This document shows, piece after piece, positions 13,897 through 28,504 of a stretch of 64,000 nucleotides of DNA. Position 1 is the stretch's first letter, and the number at the start of each line of letters is the position of its first letter. The notes beneath the pieces were generated by a model that was given only the letters and a program-made list of their open reading frames with translations, was not told where the DNA came from and made no database searches. The position numbers and the translations under genes were made by a program. This DNA comes from Adineta vaga (Eukaryota > Animalia > Rotifera), in the NCBI GenBank assembly GCA_021613535.1, contig CP075495.1, forward strand, positions 3,038,001 through 3,102,000, given 5' to 3'.

Positions 13897-16400
13897 TGCT
13901 TAATTAGTCTTTGTAATTAATCTTTCGTTTTTTTTTTCTTAATCATAGAAAAAAAACTAAACCTATTGAATGATCTATAAGAATAAGTCGTTCATTATTT
14001 CTCTAATACACTTATTTAAAAACAAAGCTTCTTTATGTCAATGAAGATCGAATAATCAAATTGCAAAGTTAGATGAAAAGCTTTCCGTAATCTACTGATT
14101 AAATACGAATCATTCGTAAATCAACATTAATTGAATATTATTGTTAATTTTCTTTTTTAACATAAATATCAAATAGACAAAAGAAAAATCTATTCGTTTA
14201 CTTCATCATTTCAAAAGATATTTGAAGACAATGATCGAAAGATTTAAACAATGTCAATAGTTATTAGTTTAGATTCACATACTGTCACATTTTGACAGCA
14301 GCTTCTCTAAATTTAAATGAAACCTCTATTGTACGATGTATATATATATATATATTTACTTTTAAATAAATCTAATGTATTCATCTAGTAGTTGAAGGTG
14401 ACTGAAGGAGAAGAAACAGTTCGTTCGTTCATTCTTCTTCTTCTTCTTCTTTTTTGAAAAGAAGTCAATCTGCTCATATGTTACCTTTTCTATACTCGAT
14501 GATTGAACATCTTGATGTAAAATGATAAAAATCAGAATTTATCTATCGATATATTTATTTCAAATCATCGATTGTTATCGTTCTATTGATAAAAAATAAT
14601 GATAGTTTATATGACTATTGAAGTTGATTAGAATATTGACCCACTTCAATGTTCACAAATATTTGTTCATTGTGATATTTCATCGAAAGTATATTATTCA
14701 ATCATAATTGATAGAATTATATTTACATTACTCGATTAATTGCCTATACTTTTAAGGTAGAATGATTGTACTTATATTTTTGTTTTTAATAAAAAAAAGA
14801 AAGACTGTCTGTGTATAAAAGAGAATATTTCATTTGTCCGATGCAAATTAGGTAATAGAAAGAAAACAAACGATACTCGTCGAGATGTAAATAGAATCAG
14901 AAAGTAAACTAAAGAATCAGAATAATGATCAATCAGACAAAGCAGATGTGTGATTTGAATATATATGTGTGTGTGCGATTTCTATGATGATATGACGAAA
15001 AACAGCAGCAGCAGCAGCATTCAAATGGCCGACAAGGAAAATGTGTATATATGTATAGACACTCTAAGTAGATAAAATGCATCTTGTCCGTCTAGCTATC
15101 TCTCTTTCATGTGTCAGTAATATTTAAAGGTCGTCAACAAAAGAGTAAATTGTTTATAGATATCATTCATTCTTACAATTTCACCTGTTATTTCTTTCTG
15201 CTCGATCGCAATTTCTGTCCGTGCATGATTGAATAGTATATATATAGTTCGTTGTGTCGTATTGCACGTCGTTTCTAAAGCTTCTCATCAAAACGTTTGA
15301 ATTGCAATTGAATGGAATAAAGATGAGATGGGATTGAGAATGAAAAAAAAAGAAAAGGTAAGGTGACAATGAGACGGTTCGAGTCCTTACTCATATTTCA
15401 TCGTCAAAAGATGTTGAGAACAAACGAAAGAGAATAAAATCATTACACATTACACGTTCAATTAGTAAACAAATATACACATTCACACAAGGTTATTTCG
15501 TTTACACATCATCGTTCTAGAGTGTTAAGCTTTTTTTCGTCTTTTTTTTCCTTTTTAAAGAAAGAAAAATTTCATCGCATTCTTTTCTTTCTCTTTTTTA
15601 ATATAAAATAGATTTTCACTATTCGATTGGTATCGTACAATCAAAAACAAATTCATTCCTTCGCCTATTTGCTCATGTCTAATTGACCGACTCGATTACC
15701 ACTATTACCACCCACACTCATCATCATCAATCGTCAACATAATAACATATAGAAATACATACAAAAGGCAACAGAAGCAGCAACGGCAGTAGCAAGTGAG
15801 CAAGCAATTCTATGTCTATGTTCATCTTTGAACATATCAACTATATTGTATAGTTTAATTTGAAATTGATAACGAAGAAAAGCAGACAGCATGAAGCATC
15901 GAATCAACTTATCGTTTCTCTCCTTTTCTCTTTCCTTTCATTACTATTTTATATTGTATACATACACATACACTAATAAACCTAAATCTTTCGTGCAGTC
16001 AGTTTATAGAGATGCGCGCACATACGAACAATTGAGCTAGTCGATTATTGTCATATCACACTGTAAAAAGACAGGTCGTGTCACTTCTTCCTCTCATCGT
16101 TCGTGAACTTTTATCGATGTTGAATATATATATATATAAAAAAAAACGAAACGAGAAGAATCAACCCGAAAAAGTAAGAGACACTTTAATCGCATGCAGC
16201 TCAAGCAAGTTATTGTTTGTGTTGTATACGCTCTTGATTTTAACATGAGAATATATATATATATATGTTTAAATATATATGCATCAATGTCATCAACGGA
16301 TATTATAGACAGAAATTAGCATAAATCGTATAAGTAGTCTCATTTTCTTTTCTTTTCTTTTCTTATAGTGAATATATCAACGACAAGATACCCAATATGA

Positions 16401-18487
16401 ATGAAAAGGATTAATCTGCAAGTGTGATTTTGAATCTCTCATATATTCATTCATTTGAACTAAAACAAAATTCTTACATGGATGTATTACATTATTCGTT
16501 TAGTCTAAGTGCATGTCCTAAATGTCATTTATTAGTTTGTAAACATACTAGCCTTGCTAATTTGGATTTTCGTTCAATTGAACAAGAATTATCCTCATCC
16601 GAACATGAAAATGACGACAAAGAAGAAGAAGACGACGACGAAGAAAAACAATCAATTATAGAACCAATTCATCGAACTTCGAATACAATCAAAACTCCTT
16701 ATCAAAGATTATCATCTCATGGAATGAATTTTTATGTTTTACCATCGACAACAATATCAGATAATCGTCATAGTTGGACAACATTTGGTAGTGATACAAT
16801 TGAAAGTATACATACATTAGAAAATTCATCTCTCGATCATGAAACCCTATGTGATAATACTCCATTTGCTAATGAAAATATCATTCATTCAACGATACCA
16901 TTAAAACCAACATTGAATCAACTTGTTCGTACACAATCTGAACGTTGTCAAAAGAATTATAAACCACATATTTATCTAACAAAAAGTTATTCATTTTCAA
17001 CTATTTATACAACACCAAAATCTTTAACTATTTCACCTCATATACCAATAAATACAAATCAATCACAAAATTTCTCTTCAAATTATTCAATATTCATTTT
17101 TGTGATATTAATTATCTCATATCTACTCACTAATACACTTGATATCGTTCTTCTCTATATCTATTATCATACAAATTCAATCTATTTTCTCATATTTACA
17201 TTAACATTAGTGATGTGTGATATTATTCTATGGATAAATAATCTTATTGATAGAAAAAATCTTTCAACACGTTTCTTGTTAATACCATTTCTATTTCGTT
17301 TTTATATTCTTTATGCATTAGTCGAATTTATTTTGATTCGATTCAATAAAACATTTCTTGATAATACACAATTATTTGATTCAACATCTACACCATCATC
17401 ATCAACAACAACAACTTTAGAAACGAATATATCACAAACAACCGATTCAATTCTTCTTTCACATCATCGACAACGACATCGATCATTGAAACGACAAATT
17501 TTTCATTATTTAACTTTATTCTATTTAATTCATTCAAGTTTTTTATTACTTATTAATCTCTATTTTTGGTCAAATCATTTTCAATCATCAATACAATCGA
17601 CATTGAATATGGATTATTTTATACCAAAATGGATGTCAATGACAGACAACCAGTTATTATCATCGACTTCAATAAATATGATACCCATACATTCGTCAAT
17701 ATCGTACGTAGGAAAAATTTGAGATTTTCATGGTCAGATAGATTTTAAGATTAAACGCCATGAGTCGATATGATACAGATGTCTTGTTCTCTGTCTAACC
17801 TTGACTGAGTCTAGTAATCAATAGGAAATTTTTCGTTTGTATATTTAATTTAGTGTTTGGTCAAAATTTGATCATGATCGAAAACATCTTGCACATCGGA
17901 CATTGTTTTATCATCAACTTCCATTAAACATTCGTCTACCATCAGCATCAACATTTATTCTAATTAGTATTTTCTATCATCTGTTTTATAATTATTCATT
18001 TTTATCAACAATACTCAATGTAAAACGACCATCACTATTAATTATTATTTCTATTCTTTCACGATTCTGTTTACTTATAACACGTATTTATACGTTTATC
18101 TTTCTATTTCATCGGAAAATATATTGGTTTCCGATTGTATTTTCTCTTGTTCATTTATCATTAATGATGACACTTCTTATTGAACGTTCGAAACATCAAA
18201 AACATCATCGTCGACGAATATTTCTTCAAATTATTTTTTCATTCATTACACACAGTTCAATTAATGATATATGTATCAATGCATTAGTATCATTGGAAAA
18301 TATTTCAATCTTTTTACATCGTTTATATTTGGAAACATTTTCCTTACATAATGAAACAACATTTCGTTTAATTATCTTTCTTTCGATAATGATTGCTATA
18401 CAAATTCTTGGATTTTTATTTGATATTTTATCGAGAAATACTCTCTATCGAACAGAAACAACCAATCAAACATTGACGAAATTATAA
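16401..18487 (+). CDS. XK-related (Xkr) multi-pass membrane protein, divergent
   Basis: Exons 16401-16423 (tentative start), 16504-17703, 17854-18487. TM segments TLDIVLLYIYY...YFLIFTLTLV and SRFCLLITRIYTFIFLF...WFPIVFSLVHL match my recollection of XK-family patterns (D..L...YY; R...L.LF...H). Confidence 0.6.
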
Positions 18488-18610
18488 AGATCTCGTGAAA
18501 TGTTTATTTCTCTTTTAGTTTATTTAAATAAATCTATCCAAAGAAGAAAAAAAACCACAGTAGTAAACTATTTCAACTAAGTTGAGACAAGCATTTACAT
18601 CTTCTTTATT

Positions 18611-21309
18611 CTAGTATTTTTTCAACAAAGAATCACGTTTTTGAACAATTTCTTGAATTTCATCCGTAATTGCTTTTGTCATATCTTGAATTGTTAGCTT
18701 TTTTGGTAAGGAAAACATACTTCGAACTAGTTCAGTAGGTTCACGTTCTCCACCCCATTGTAAGAAATTCTTTCGAAATTGTTCACCAGTCGTTTTTGAT
18801 AGAGGATCTGACGAAAATTGATCATGCCAAATTTTACTTGCAATTGAACGTGCAATAATATAACTAGAAAAACGAGCACCGTAATCAATTAAATGATAGA
18901 ATTTCAAATATGGATATGTAGATGAAATGTTCGGCAAGGAAGAATATTTTGTTAATAAAGATGAATAAATATTAGCATATGATTCCGATAATGGATATGA
19001 ACCATGAAAGAGATGATCAAACATTGCAGAGATAACCTTCAATGTACAGAAATAAAGTTGTTCTGATGAAGAAAAAAAAAGTAATAGAATGTAAGTGTCA
19101 TACTTGAACTTGAGTTCGATATGCGGGAAAACAATTTTGAGCTAAACGAAGACGTTGAAGAAGCTCATCGGGAATGACTTCACCGGTATGATAATGTCGT
19201 GCAAATTGTTTGACTACACGTGGTTCATAAACGAAATATTCCATCCATTGAGAAGGAATTTCTGCAATATCAGTTTGACAACGTGTACCCGATGCATGTT
19301 GATAACGTGTACGTGCTAGAGCTGAATGTATCGCATGACCGAATTCATGAAATAAATTTTCCACCAAACCTAATCATTATCAATGAATAGTCTGTTATTT
19401 TTACATCAAAATTATTACCTAATGTAAGTAATGTTGGAACATTTGGATTAGTACTTGGTGGAATATTAACATGTAAAACAACAATGGGTAATTGAGAAGA
19501 ACCATCGGCACGACGTCGACTACATTGAATTGTAAAATGACAATCATGTGGAATTTTCTCCTTTCTAAATCAATATAATAACAGAAATAAACAAAATTTG
19601 TAATGCGAATTTTACCGTTCAAATAAATCACAATAGATATAACCAACAGTTCCTTCTGTAACATGATCAACCGAAAGTTTAACAACAGATGGATGCCAAG
19701 TTTCACCAGGTGCTGTTGTTTGTTTATTTAGTGTTACACTACGAATATATAGTTTTAATATCTTATTGAAGATAAGTTTTGAAATAGAAATCTTTTAATA
19801 CATCGATGTACGCATAGTCTTCGGATTAAACAACAAATAAGATTTGATGAAGTATCGTTCACTTACTTGAAAAGCTTGTTGCATATCAAATTCAATCCAT
19901 CCATGCAAGCACCAAGTGAAAAATACGGTGTATATTCTTGTGTATTAATATTTAAACTAAATCAAATCAAGTTCTGTTCTTATTCATCTATTTTTTTACT
20001 TACATTTCTGATCGAAATTTTGCTTCTGATCTAGCGACATCCCATGGTGCCATCGGTCGATTTGTTGACGAAGATTGACGACCATTTTTTAATATTTGCA
20101 TTAATTGAATATCTCTATCAGCTAATGGTCGAATAGCATTCATGATCTCTTGTAAATATTCTGTGACATATTCAGGTTTATTTAATAATGTATTATCTAA
20201 TGCTCGATGACTATATGATGTATAGCCACATAATTTTGCTAATTGATATCTAAAAATATTCTATTGTATAGAAGAACAAATATATCCGTCACTTAAATAT
20301 ATTAACCGTTTTCGAAGTAATTCATCAAGAAATTGTTCTTGTTCAGGGTCAAAACGAAAGTATGTTCGAAAAATGAATTCCCGTAGTTCTTCATCGTCAT
20401 CATTTGAATAAGCTGATTGAATAGTAATTGTTTTTTCATCAAATCTAATCAATCAAAAAGGCCAATAACATAATAATTGTATCTTAAATTTTGAATATAT
20501 ATCTTACCTCATCCTTACCTTTTCTGGGAAGTCTTTTCGTTGAATTTCATATTCTCGATGTGCATTATGTCGAAATTGATTTTCTAACTGTAAAATATCT
20601 TCATGCAATTGTAAATAATTCGCACGTTGTTCTTCATTTAATCGTATTCCACTTCGTTCAAAATCAATCAAATATAATTTCAAAACACGTTGATCAGTTT
20701 CATCACCTTCACCAGTTTCATAAGCTTGTTTAGCTTGTTCATATAATTTCGTATTGGTATTCATTTTCTCCACGAGATGATGTAGCATACCATATGCTTG
20801 TTCGGCAGCTTGTTTAAGTTCACGATTAACATCAACATGACGAATAAATTCAGCAAGATCTGCAACACGACAGATTTCATCAGAAATTTCATCTAAGATT
20901 TCGACAATTTTTCGTCGTGATGGAGAAAAACATTCATCTAATAATTGTTCACATTTGTTTACAACACGTTCAGCAAGAATATGAAAGCCAGTTGGTGTAG
21001 ATAATTCTTTAATTTGAAATAATCCATGACTTGCTTCTTTCGTTGATGTTTTCAACCATGATAATGGTGTTAATTGACGAAAATAATTCGAAAACAGATG
21101 TGAATCAAAAGATGACTTTGTCGATGTTGTATTAAAATCATGATTAATCGATGAATTTGTATGCGAATAACAATATGAAGTAGCTAATGATGATCTTAAT
21201 TGCGTCTGAAAAGATAAGGATAGAAAAAAGGATATTATGAAATCTTATATAGAATTTTTCGACAGACTTTAACACGCAAACGAATGAAATTAATTGCTAA
21301 TCTTTGCAT
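18611..21309 (-). CDS. MIPEP: Mitochondrial intermediate peptidase (M3 metallopeptidase)
   Basis: Basic presequence MQRLAINFIRLRVK. Motifs GLFQIKELSTPTGF, DEISDEICRVADLAEF, DFERSGI, KIPHDCHFTIQCSR, zinc motif ENLFHEFGHAIHS, GTRCQTDIAEIPS, HLIDYGARFSSY. Multi-exon GT-AG structure. Confidence 0.93.
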
Positions 21310-24300
21310 CGTTGATAGATGTTGATTATTGAAGAAAACGTACACATACGTACGAACGAAGTCAGTTCAGTTTCTTGGAATATAGTCGGTATTTTATGGA
21401 GGTTAACAGATGGCAGGCGATATCTTTCGTATATAGATAGGTTTAATGATATGTAGAGACAGAAGAAGTTTTTCTCTCATTAAAATCTAATTGATTTTGA
21501 TCGTCAGCGTGAGTATGATGTAGACACGACATGACAAGCTTCTTATCGAACCGCTTCTCATTCATTCATTCATTCTCGTGCATACTGTGTTTTTGATATT
21601 GGAATATTAGATAAGGAGTTTCATGACATATTTCATTTTCTTTTTTTATTTCCGAACTCTCGAACAGTTTTTCTTATTTCTCTCAATAATTATCGTTCAG
21701 TTAACATCCTTGACTTTACAACATATTTCTTGATAAATATGCATAGAGGAAATGTAATCTAGCTGCTTTTCTATTATATGTGGCATGCACATAATTATTA
21801 AAACACTAGCCTCAGGATATATTGTTGATGTTCATTCTACTAAACTCTAAAAAATAAATATAGTAACACGATCTATATTGACAGAGTACTCATTAAGTTG
21901 TGTTCGTAAATAGAAAGAACATTTTTTCTCCTTCTCACTCGGTCGCTTTTATGTTGTCATTGGTCTCATCATTCATTTATTCATTGATATTCATCTAAAA
22001 TTGACATTGAGTAAGTATATGGATTTATATCAATAATAAATACAATTATAAGAATATTTAATAATCAGCGAAGCAAACAAGTAGCTATTTCAAAAAATCT
22101 TTCATCGAAATAAATCTTTTCTAACATTGTATTAATTATTAATCATATTGAGATATGAAACGACCGATATAATTATTTTAAAAGTTCTTCAACGAGAAAG
22201 ATATTTAAGGCGTTCATACTGGAAAATATCTCGTTTTTTTTCCTTATAGGCAATCTATATGTGGGTTGTTTTTTTTTGAGAATATAAATAACTTCTTTCT
22301 CACATTAAAGCATAACTATAATAAGATTGTTCTTCTCGATGTTGTCAAAGCGGATTTCGTGCCTGTATGTTGTTGCACGTCTGATGTATGCTTAATGTTG
22401 TCAATAATCAGACTAATGGGAAAAAAAGAGAAGATGAGCGTTAATATTTGAGAATTTCCAAGAGTAAATTAGTTTTTCAATTACTTTACAATTAGATCTA
22501 TGTTCACTATTTATCCATAATTACTATTTAATCAAAAGTCTTTCGGTTAGAAAGAAAAATATTGAAATTTAGATTTCTAACTACTGCAAACAAGTTGGTT
22601 TACTTTGACATTATTATGGTTTGAATGATGTTATTTGCTGTAAGTATGTTTGATATCGATCAATTGAGGTTTTCTTTTTTGCTCTTTCGAAAATAGACTT
22701 AAATCAATCAAACCCTTGATATAGAACATTAGTATGTTTATTTCATATGATATCAATTAAAAGTTCTGTTGTTTTTCTCTTTTCGTATGATATTACCGTA
22801 TGTTATACACAATTTACTGTTTAAAAATATAGAAAAGCAAAGTTCGTATCAGTAATGAAAATAAAATCATTTGTTTAACGAAATTGTGAAAAAAGTTCTT
22901 TTAACATCAGATCATCTTACTAAACGCACAATGTGCTGAATAGAGAAACAAAAATATTTAAACGATCTGACAGATAAAAACTGAAGAGTGCGTGTGTGTA
23001 TGCGCATCTATCATGTGACAAGGTATGCGCAGACATATACATTTGTCGATTAACTTTTTTTTTGTCTGTCACTCGTCTTTCTTAGTAGTATTTTTCTCTT
23101 TCTCCTTTTCTTTTTTTTCCGCTTTCTTTTTCTTCCTTTTTTCATCTCCATCATCATACGGTAAGTATGTGTAACTCAACAACAACAAAAAAAAAGAGCA
23201 GACTATTAAAGACATAGAACGTCGTAATGATGACGATATATGTTAGTAATGAAATCTGAACCGAAACCTCTGGCGAGATAAGTTATTATGGACATGGAAT
23301 TCTTTTTTTTTGTTGGATTCCTAGAATAGAATAAACATATTATTATCGAAAGACGAGGAAAAAAAGTAAGGAAAGTTTGCTGGAATTAAACAGTCTCCTT
23401 CACTTTCACACTTTCCCTCGCCTGTCGCATAAATATAAAAACACACATCCACATAACAATTACTACCAGTTGTAATTTTTCTTTTCTCCTACTATATATT
23501 ATAGAGACCTCTTCATATGAAGAACTTCTTATTACTATTGCTGTTTCTCTTTTCTTTTCCCTATTGATTTATTCTGAATAGTAAATATATGTACTTGGCA
23601 AACAAGTGTAAACAACATGTGTATAAAGGTATGGCAAATATGAAAAATGTAAGGAACTATCCAAATAAATCATAATATTTAGTTCTTCCGCATTCGACTT
23701 TTTCCTCGATTTTTTTTCTTCGTATTTTTTTAAAAATAATTCTCAAATTATAAACATTGAGTTAATCGAATTTGATATGTTATTGTCTTTTCTCGAAAGA
23801 TTTTTTATTTGTTCATCACATTTTTCTTGTTTAGAAATTGATGGTAACCAGGTTCGTTTTCTGTTTTTTATCTCAATGTTATTAAACAGAAAAGTAAATA
23901 GTGTTAAGAGTGAGAAATGTTCTCTTTTTTTCTATTTTTTTCTAGTAATATGGAGAAAAAAAAAGAAATGATTTTCTTGAAACGTAAATCTTCTTCTTCA
24001 ATAGAATAACATTCGACTTAGTTTTCATTTGATAAGAACAAATTTTTGAAATATAGATTTTATAACTAAAGATTGAGAATGAATTTGTCGAAAATGTCAC
24101 GATCGTGCTATCGTTACTTTAGCATTTATCAGTTGAGAAGAAAGAAAAAGGTAAAAAAATATATTTGCATGAAAAGAAAAGAAGAAAAAAAAGAAAGAAT
24201 TGATTACTTTTTTTCCCTTCATCACATCAAGTAATCATATACAGAAAATAGATTTCCTTATTGAAGAATAAAGTCTACAAGTTGGGTAAGTTTCATTTAT

Positions 24301-24799
24301 TCGTTTTATGATATTCTATCTGAAAGATTTAAAAGCTATTTCCCGTTAATCCAACTGAAGAAAATGATCACAAAAGGTCTTATCGAATTGATGATTGTTA
24401 AAAAGAATTGTTCATCCATCGATAAACGACGAGAGAGATGAGGAAGAAACCGGAGATGACAAAGATCATGGATTCTTTCATTTGCCTTATTAAGTGTTGA
24501 CAGCTGGAATAATGACGTCAAATTTGCTAAGAAAGAACGAGTGAGTGAGAGAGAGAGAGAGAGAGAGAGAGAAAGGGAAGAAAAAGAAACATCTTGGCAT
24601 TCCGTTTTCTTCTTAACATTTCATATTAAAAAAAAAGACGACGCAGAAAATCTAGTCCTTCATGGAGTTAATAACTTCAACATAGTTCGAAGTATAACGA
24701 GACTTATTAATATTTTCAGTTATTTAAAAGTAACTTAATGATATTTGAAACGTTTTTTCTTTAATTCGTACTTGTTATTCTAGATATGATAAATTAAAA

Positions 24800-27700
24800 A
24801 TGACAATGACACAACGGCAATCATCGCAAGAATCAATATTTATTTGTTTAAAATTTGGTGTGAAATATCAATCGATTCAAATCGATCGATCAAATCCGGA
24901 TGTTCTTGATCTTATTAAAAAACATGCCGAAGATATTGTTTCAAAAACAATTGGTAGTCTTGATGCAAATGATCATCTTCATCATATACAATTATTCTTA
25001 ATATCACCTGATCATCAAACACCAAGTTTAAAATTAATTAAACGTGCAAGTGATCTAACGCCAACATGTTTCATTGAAATTATTATTTGGCGTTCCGATC
25101 AAGAGACTATTACTCCACCACGTGATCATATACTTGTCGAACATAGTTATAAAAAGCCAACTTATTGTTCACATTGCGATTATTTTATGTGGGGTTTAAT
25201 CAAACAGGTTTGAAAGCAATGCAATATTCTCGGAATTTATTCGTAAGTTTTTTGTTCTATACAATTTAGGGTAAACGATGTAAAGTATGTCGACAAGACT
25301 TTCATCATCAATGTGCTGAACATTTACCAGCTGATTGTCCAGGTGATGATTCTCGAAGTAGTTCATTAATGCGTCGTGCATCATCCAATGTTACAATTAA
25401 TTCAACAGCATCTCAAGGTTTAGTCATAGTTGATGCTGATATTAAAAATGTCTCAAATGATCCTCCTGCAAAAATCAAACCACCGAAACGACCCAAGATT
25501 TTTGGTGGTAGTAATCGTGGTATTCTAGTAACTAAAACGCCAACACCTAATTCAAGATCAGCAACTATTGCTGCAACACCAACTTCATCAGCATCAAATA
25601 AAACACCTCCGATCATATCAACTTCTCAGAGAAATGATTCTGTATCCTCGATGAATGCTAATGAAACACCACCACCTCCACCATCATCAGCACCATCAAC
25701 AACGACGACGACAACTAATGGTCGAAAAAATACTCGATTTAATAATGATCAAACTTTACAAGTAAATAGTCGAACCGGTGCACCACCTAATGTAAAACCT
25801 GACCGACGAAAAGATATTAAATTAACAAATTGTCAAGAAAAAGATGGTATTTGGATAGCGACTGCACAATTTGGACGAGAAAGTCGTCATAGCAAACGTG
25901 CAGAAATAACTTACGATAAGAAGAAATTTCGTTTTACACAAAAAGATGAACAAGGCAATAAACATGTTTTTGAAATTCCTGCAGTAGATATTGAAGGTAA
26001 AGATTACTCTTAAATCATTTCAATATTCAACAAAGATATTTCATTCAATCTCATATTTAAAGATGAAAAAAATTCGTTTGAATTTATCTGTATTTTCTTC
26101 TTAGAAATCTATACATCAACATCACGATTAAAAAATAAAAATTTCGTATTTAATACATGTACGAATGTGTTTCCCACATTGTCACCCTATTCACTTCTAT
26201 TTTAATCTCGCACTTCATTTGTTATAAACAAATGTTTATCAATATTTTCTTGAAAATGTTTTCATTATTTCTAGCTAATCGATCTCAATCATCATCATCA
26301 TCTTCACCAACTATGGTTTCTAATGGTAGTTCAACTGAGACGAAATCAGTTGCACCACCATCATTAGCTGTTATTTATCAAAAGCTCGCATGTCTTCTTT
26401 TGGATACAATAAATGAAGCTGTTCAATCTACGAATGATCGTAAATTACGTTCATCATTTAAAATGGTTCGTCGAACTGGTACAGAAAATGATTCCAATGA
26501 TTTTGCTGATCTGTATGATATGAATGAAAAAGAAATTCTTGGTATGGGTCGTTTTGGTATGGTATTTGGAGGAACTATGCGTCGTAATGGTGTTCGAGTT
26601 GCAATAAAGAAAATTCAAACAGCACAATGTTCAGCAAAAGATCGAGAAAATATTGAACAAGAAGCTGCTTATTTATTTCAACTTAATCATCCGGGTATGA
26701 AATCAATTTTTCTTCTTCTTTGTTTATTCGAACTTTCAATATTGATTTTGAATTGTTTTTATAGGTATTCTCAAATTTGAAGGCATTTTTGATTTTGAAC
26801 AACATATTTTTCTGGTAACCGAACGATTGGATACTGATATGTTGAATTTTATTCTTTCAAATACAAACCCAAAAGCACGATTGAATGAAGAAGTCACACG
26901 TTTTCTTGCTTTTCAATTAGTTGCTGCTATAAGATATTTACATTTCAAAAATATCGCGTAAGTATTCAAAAGATATTGAAATAGTATTTTGATCATGTTT
27001 TTGTTTTTATCTTTAAGACATTGTGATTTGAAACCTGATAATGTATTAATTAATATATTTCCCGATGATGTCGTACATTTAAAAGTCGGTAAGTAGAGAG
27101 AATGAATATGAAGATTAGTAATCATTCTATTCTGATCTAATCTACTTAGGAAGTCTTCTTGAATCCCCTTCAAGTAGACATTATTTACAAAAATATGAAT
27201 TCTTTTCTCATAGGAGACATTTTCTAAATAAGTTTTTTGCTAGATTGCGGAAATGAATGATAATATAAGCTAAGAATATCTTTTTAATTCAATCTTTTCA
27301 TATTCTAGGTGATTTTGGATATGCACGAACTATTCATGAACATTCATTACGTTATACAAAAGTAGGTACAACAGCATATTTACCGCCTGAAGTATCGCAT
27401 GATCAATGGCGTCATGCTCGTGGTTATAATAAAACAGTCGAGTATGTATTTTTATTATTGAAAGAAACGAGAACACATTAAAATATGATTGTTTGTAGTA
27501 TGTGGGCAATAGGTGTAATTATATTTGTAAGTTTAACCGGTTATTTTCCTTTTCATGAAGAAACGGATATTTTACCACAACTTGACAATATTCCAAAATT
27601 ATTTCAAGATGATATATTTACTCTTATAACAAGTGAAGTAAAAGACTTATTACGTTATCGATTATTAGTACCGGATGCCGGTCATCGAATGCATTCGGCT

Positions 27701-27865
27701 GGTGTAATTTATCATGATTGGTTTCAAAAATCGCAAAGTTTACTTGCCTCTTGTAAACAACTTGAAGAATGTTTAGAGAAAAAATGGTTAACATTATTTT
27801 TTGAAGAAACAGATTCAAGTACATCTGTTCCGGTTACCACTACTGAAGAAAGTGACAGTAGTTAA
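24800..27865 (+). CDS. Protein kinase D-like Ser/Thr kinase (ubiquitin-like N-domain, one C1, degenerate PH, CAMK-group kinase domain)
   Basis: N-terminal FGVKYQSIQI...LKLIKRASDLTPTCFIEIII resembles the PKD ULD. C1 HILVEHSYKKPTYCSHC...CKVC...HHQC...C. Kinase motifs [66 protein letters not shown]. Confidence 0.88.
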
Positions 27866-28504
27866 ATAAAACTAATCTATACATATGATCTAGTCAAATA
27901 TATGTTGTGAATCTCGGGATGATTAAAGCAACAATTTGATTGATAGAAGAAATCGCTTTTTTTGTTTGTTTTGATTGAACAATGATTTGTCGATTGATTG
28001 ATGTAATTGTTTGTTTTTCTTTTCTTTTCGTGCCATTTTTCGCAATTCAATTTTTTCTTCTATTCAATGTCCTCGATAATAATATTGAAGTTTTTTGTTT
28101 TTGTATACACCCTTTTTTTCTATTCTATAAAGTGAAAAAAAAATTCAATAAAACAAAAACTCCATTATATCGAATTGAACGAACGAACGAACTATTGCAT
28201 ATACGTTGTAGTTAATACAATAGTGTTTTCTTCCTTTCCTTTTCACAGGAAAACACTACACTATCGGAAAGAAAAGATGGCTCTAGGAAGCAGTAAACAC
28301 ATTCTAACATTTGAAGATTAACTGGTCTTAAATATCAACCTATCAGATGAGTTATATAACAGTAGTAGTAGTAGTAGGTGATATTTAATAGTAGAAAGAA
28401 CGCGTTTCTTCTCATTTTCTTTTCATTTAGAATTACTATTGAAATCAAGGTTAGCCATTTGTTCGTATCCTTGAGATTTCTATTATTATCAAAACAAAAT
28501 AAAA

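Noticed and set aside
18487-18611. Convergent XK-like and MIPEP stops ~120 nt apart, possible antisense overlap
   Set aside because: Each strand has its own AATAAA in the gap, and tail-to-tail packing is ordinary in compact genomes.
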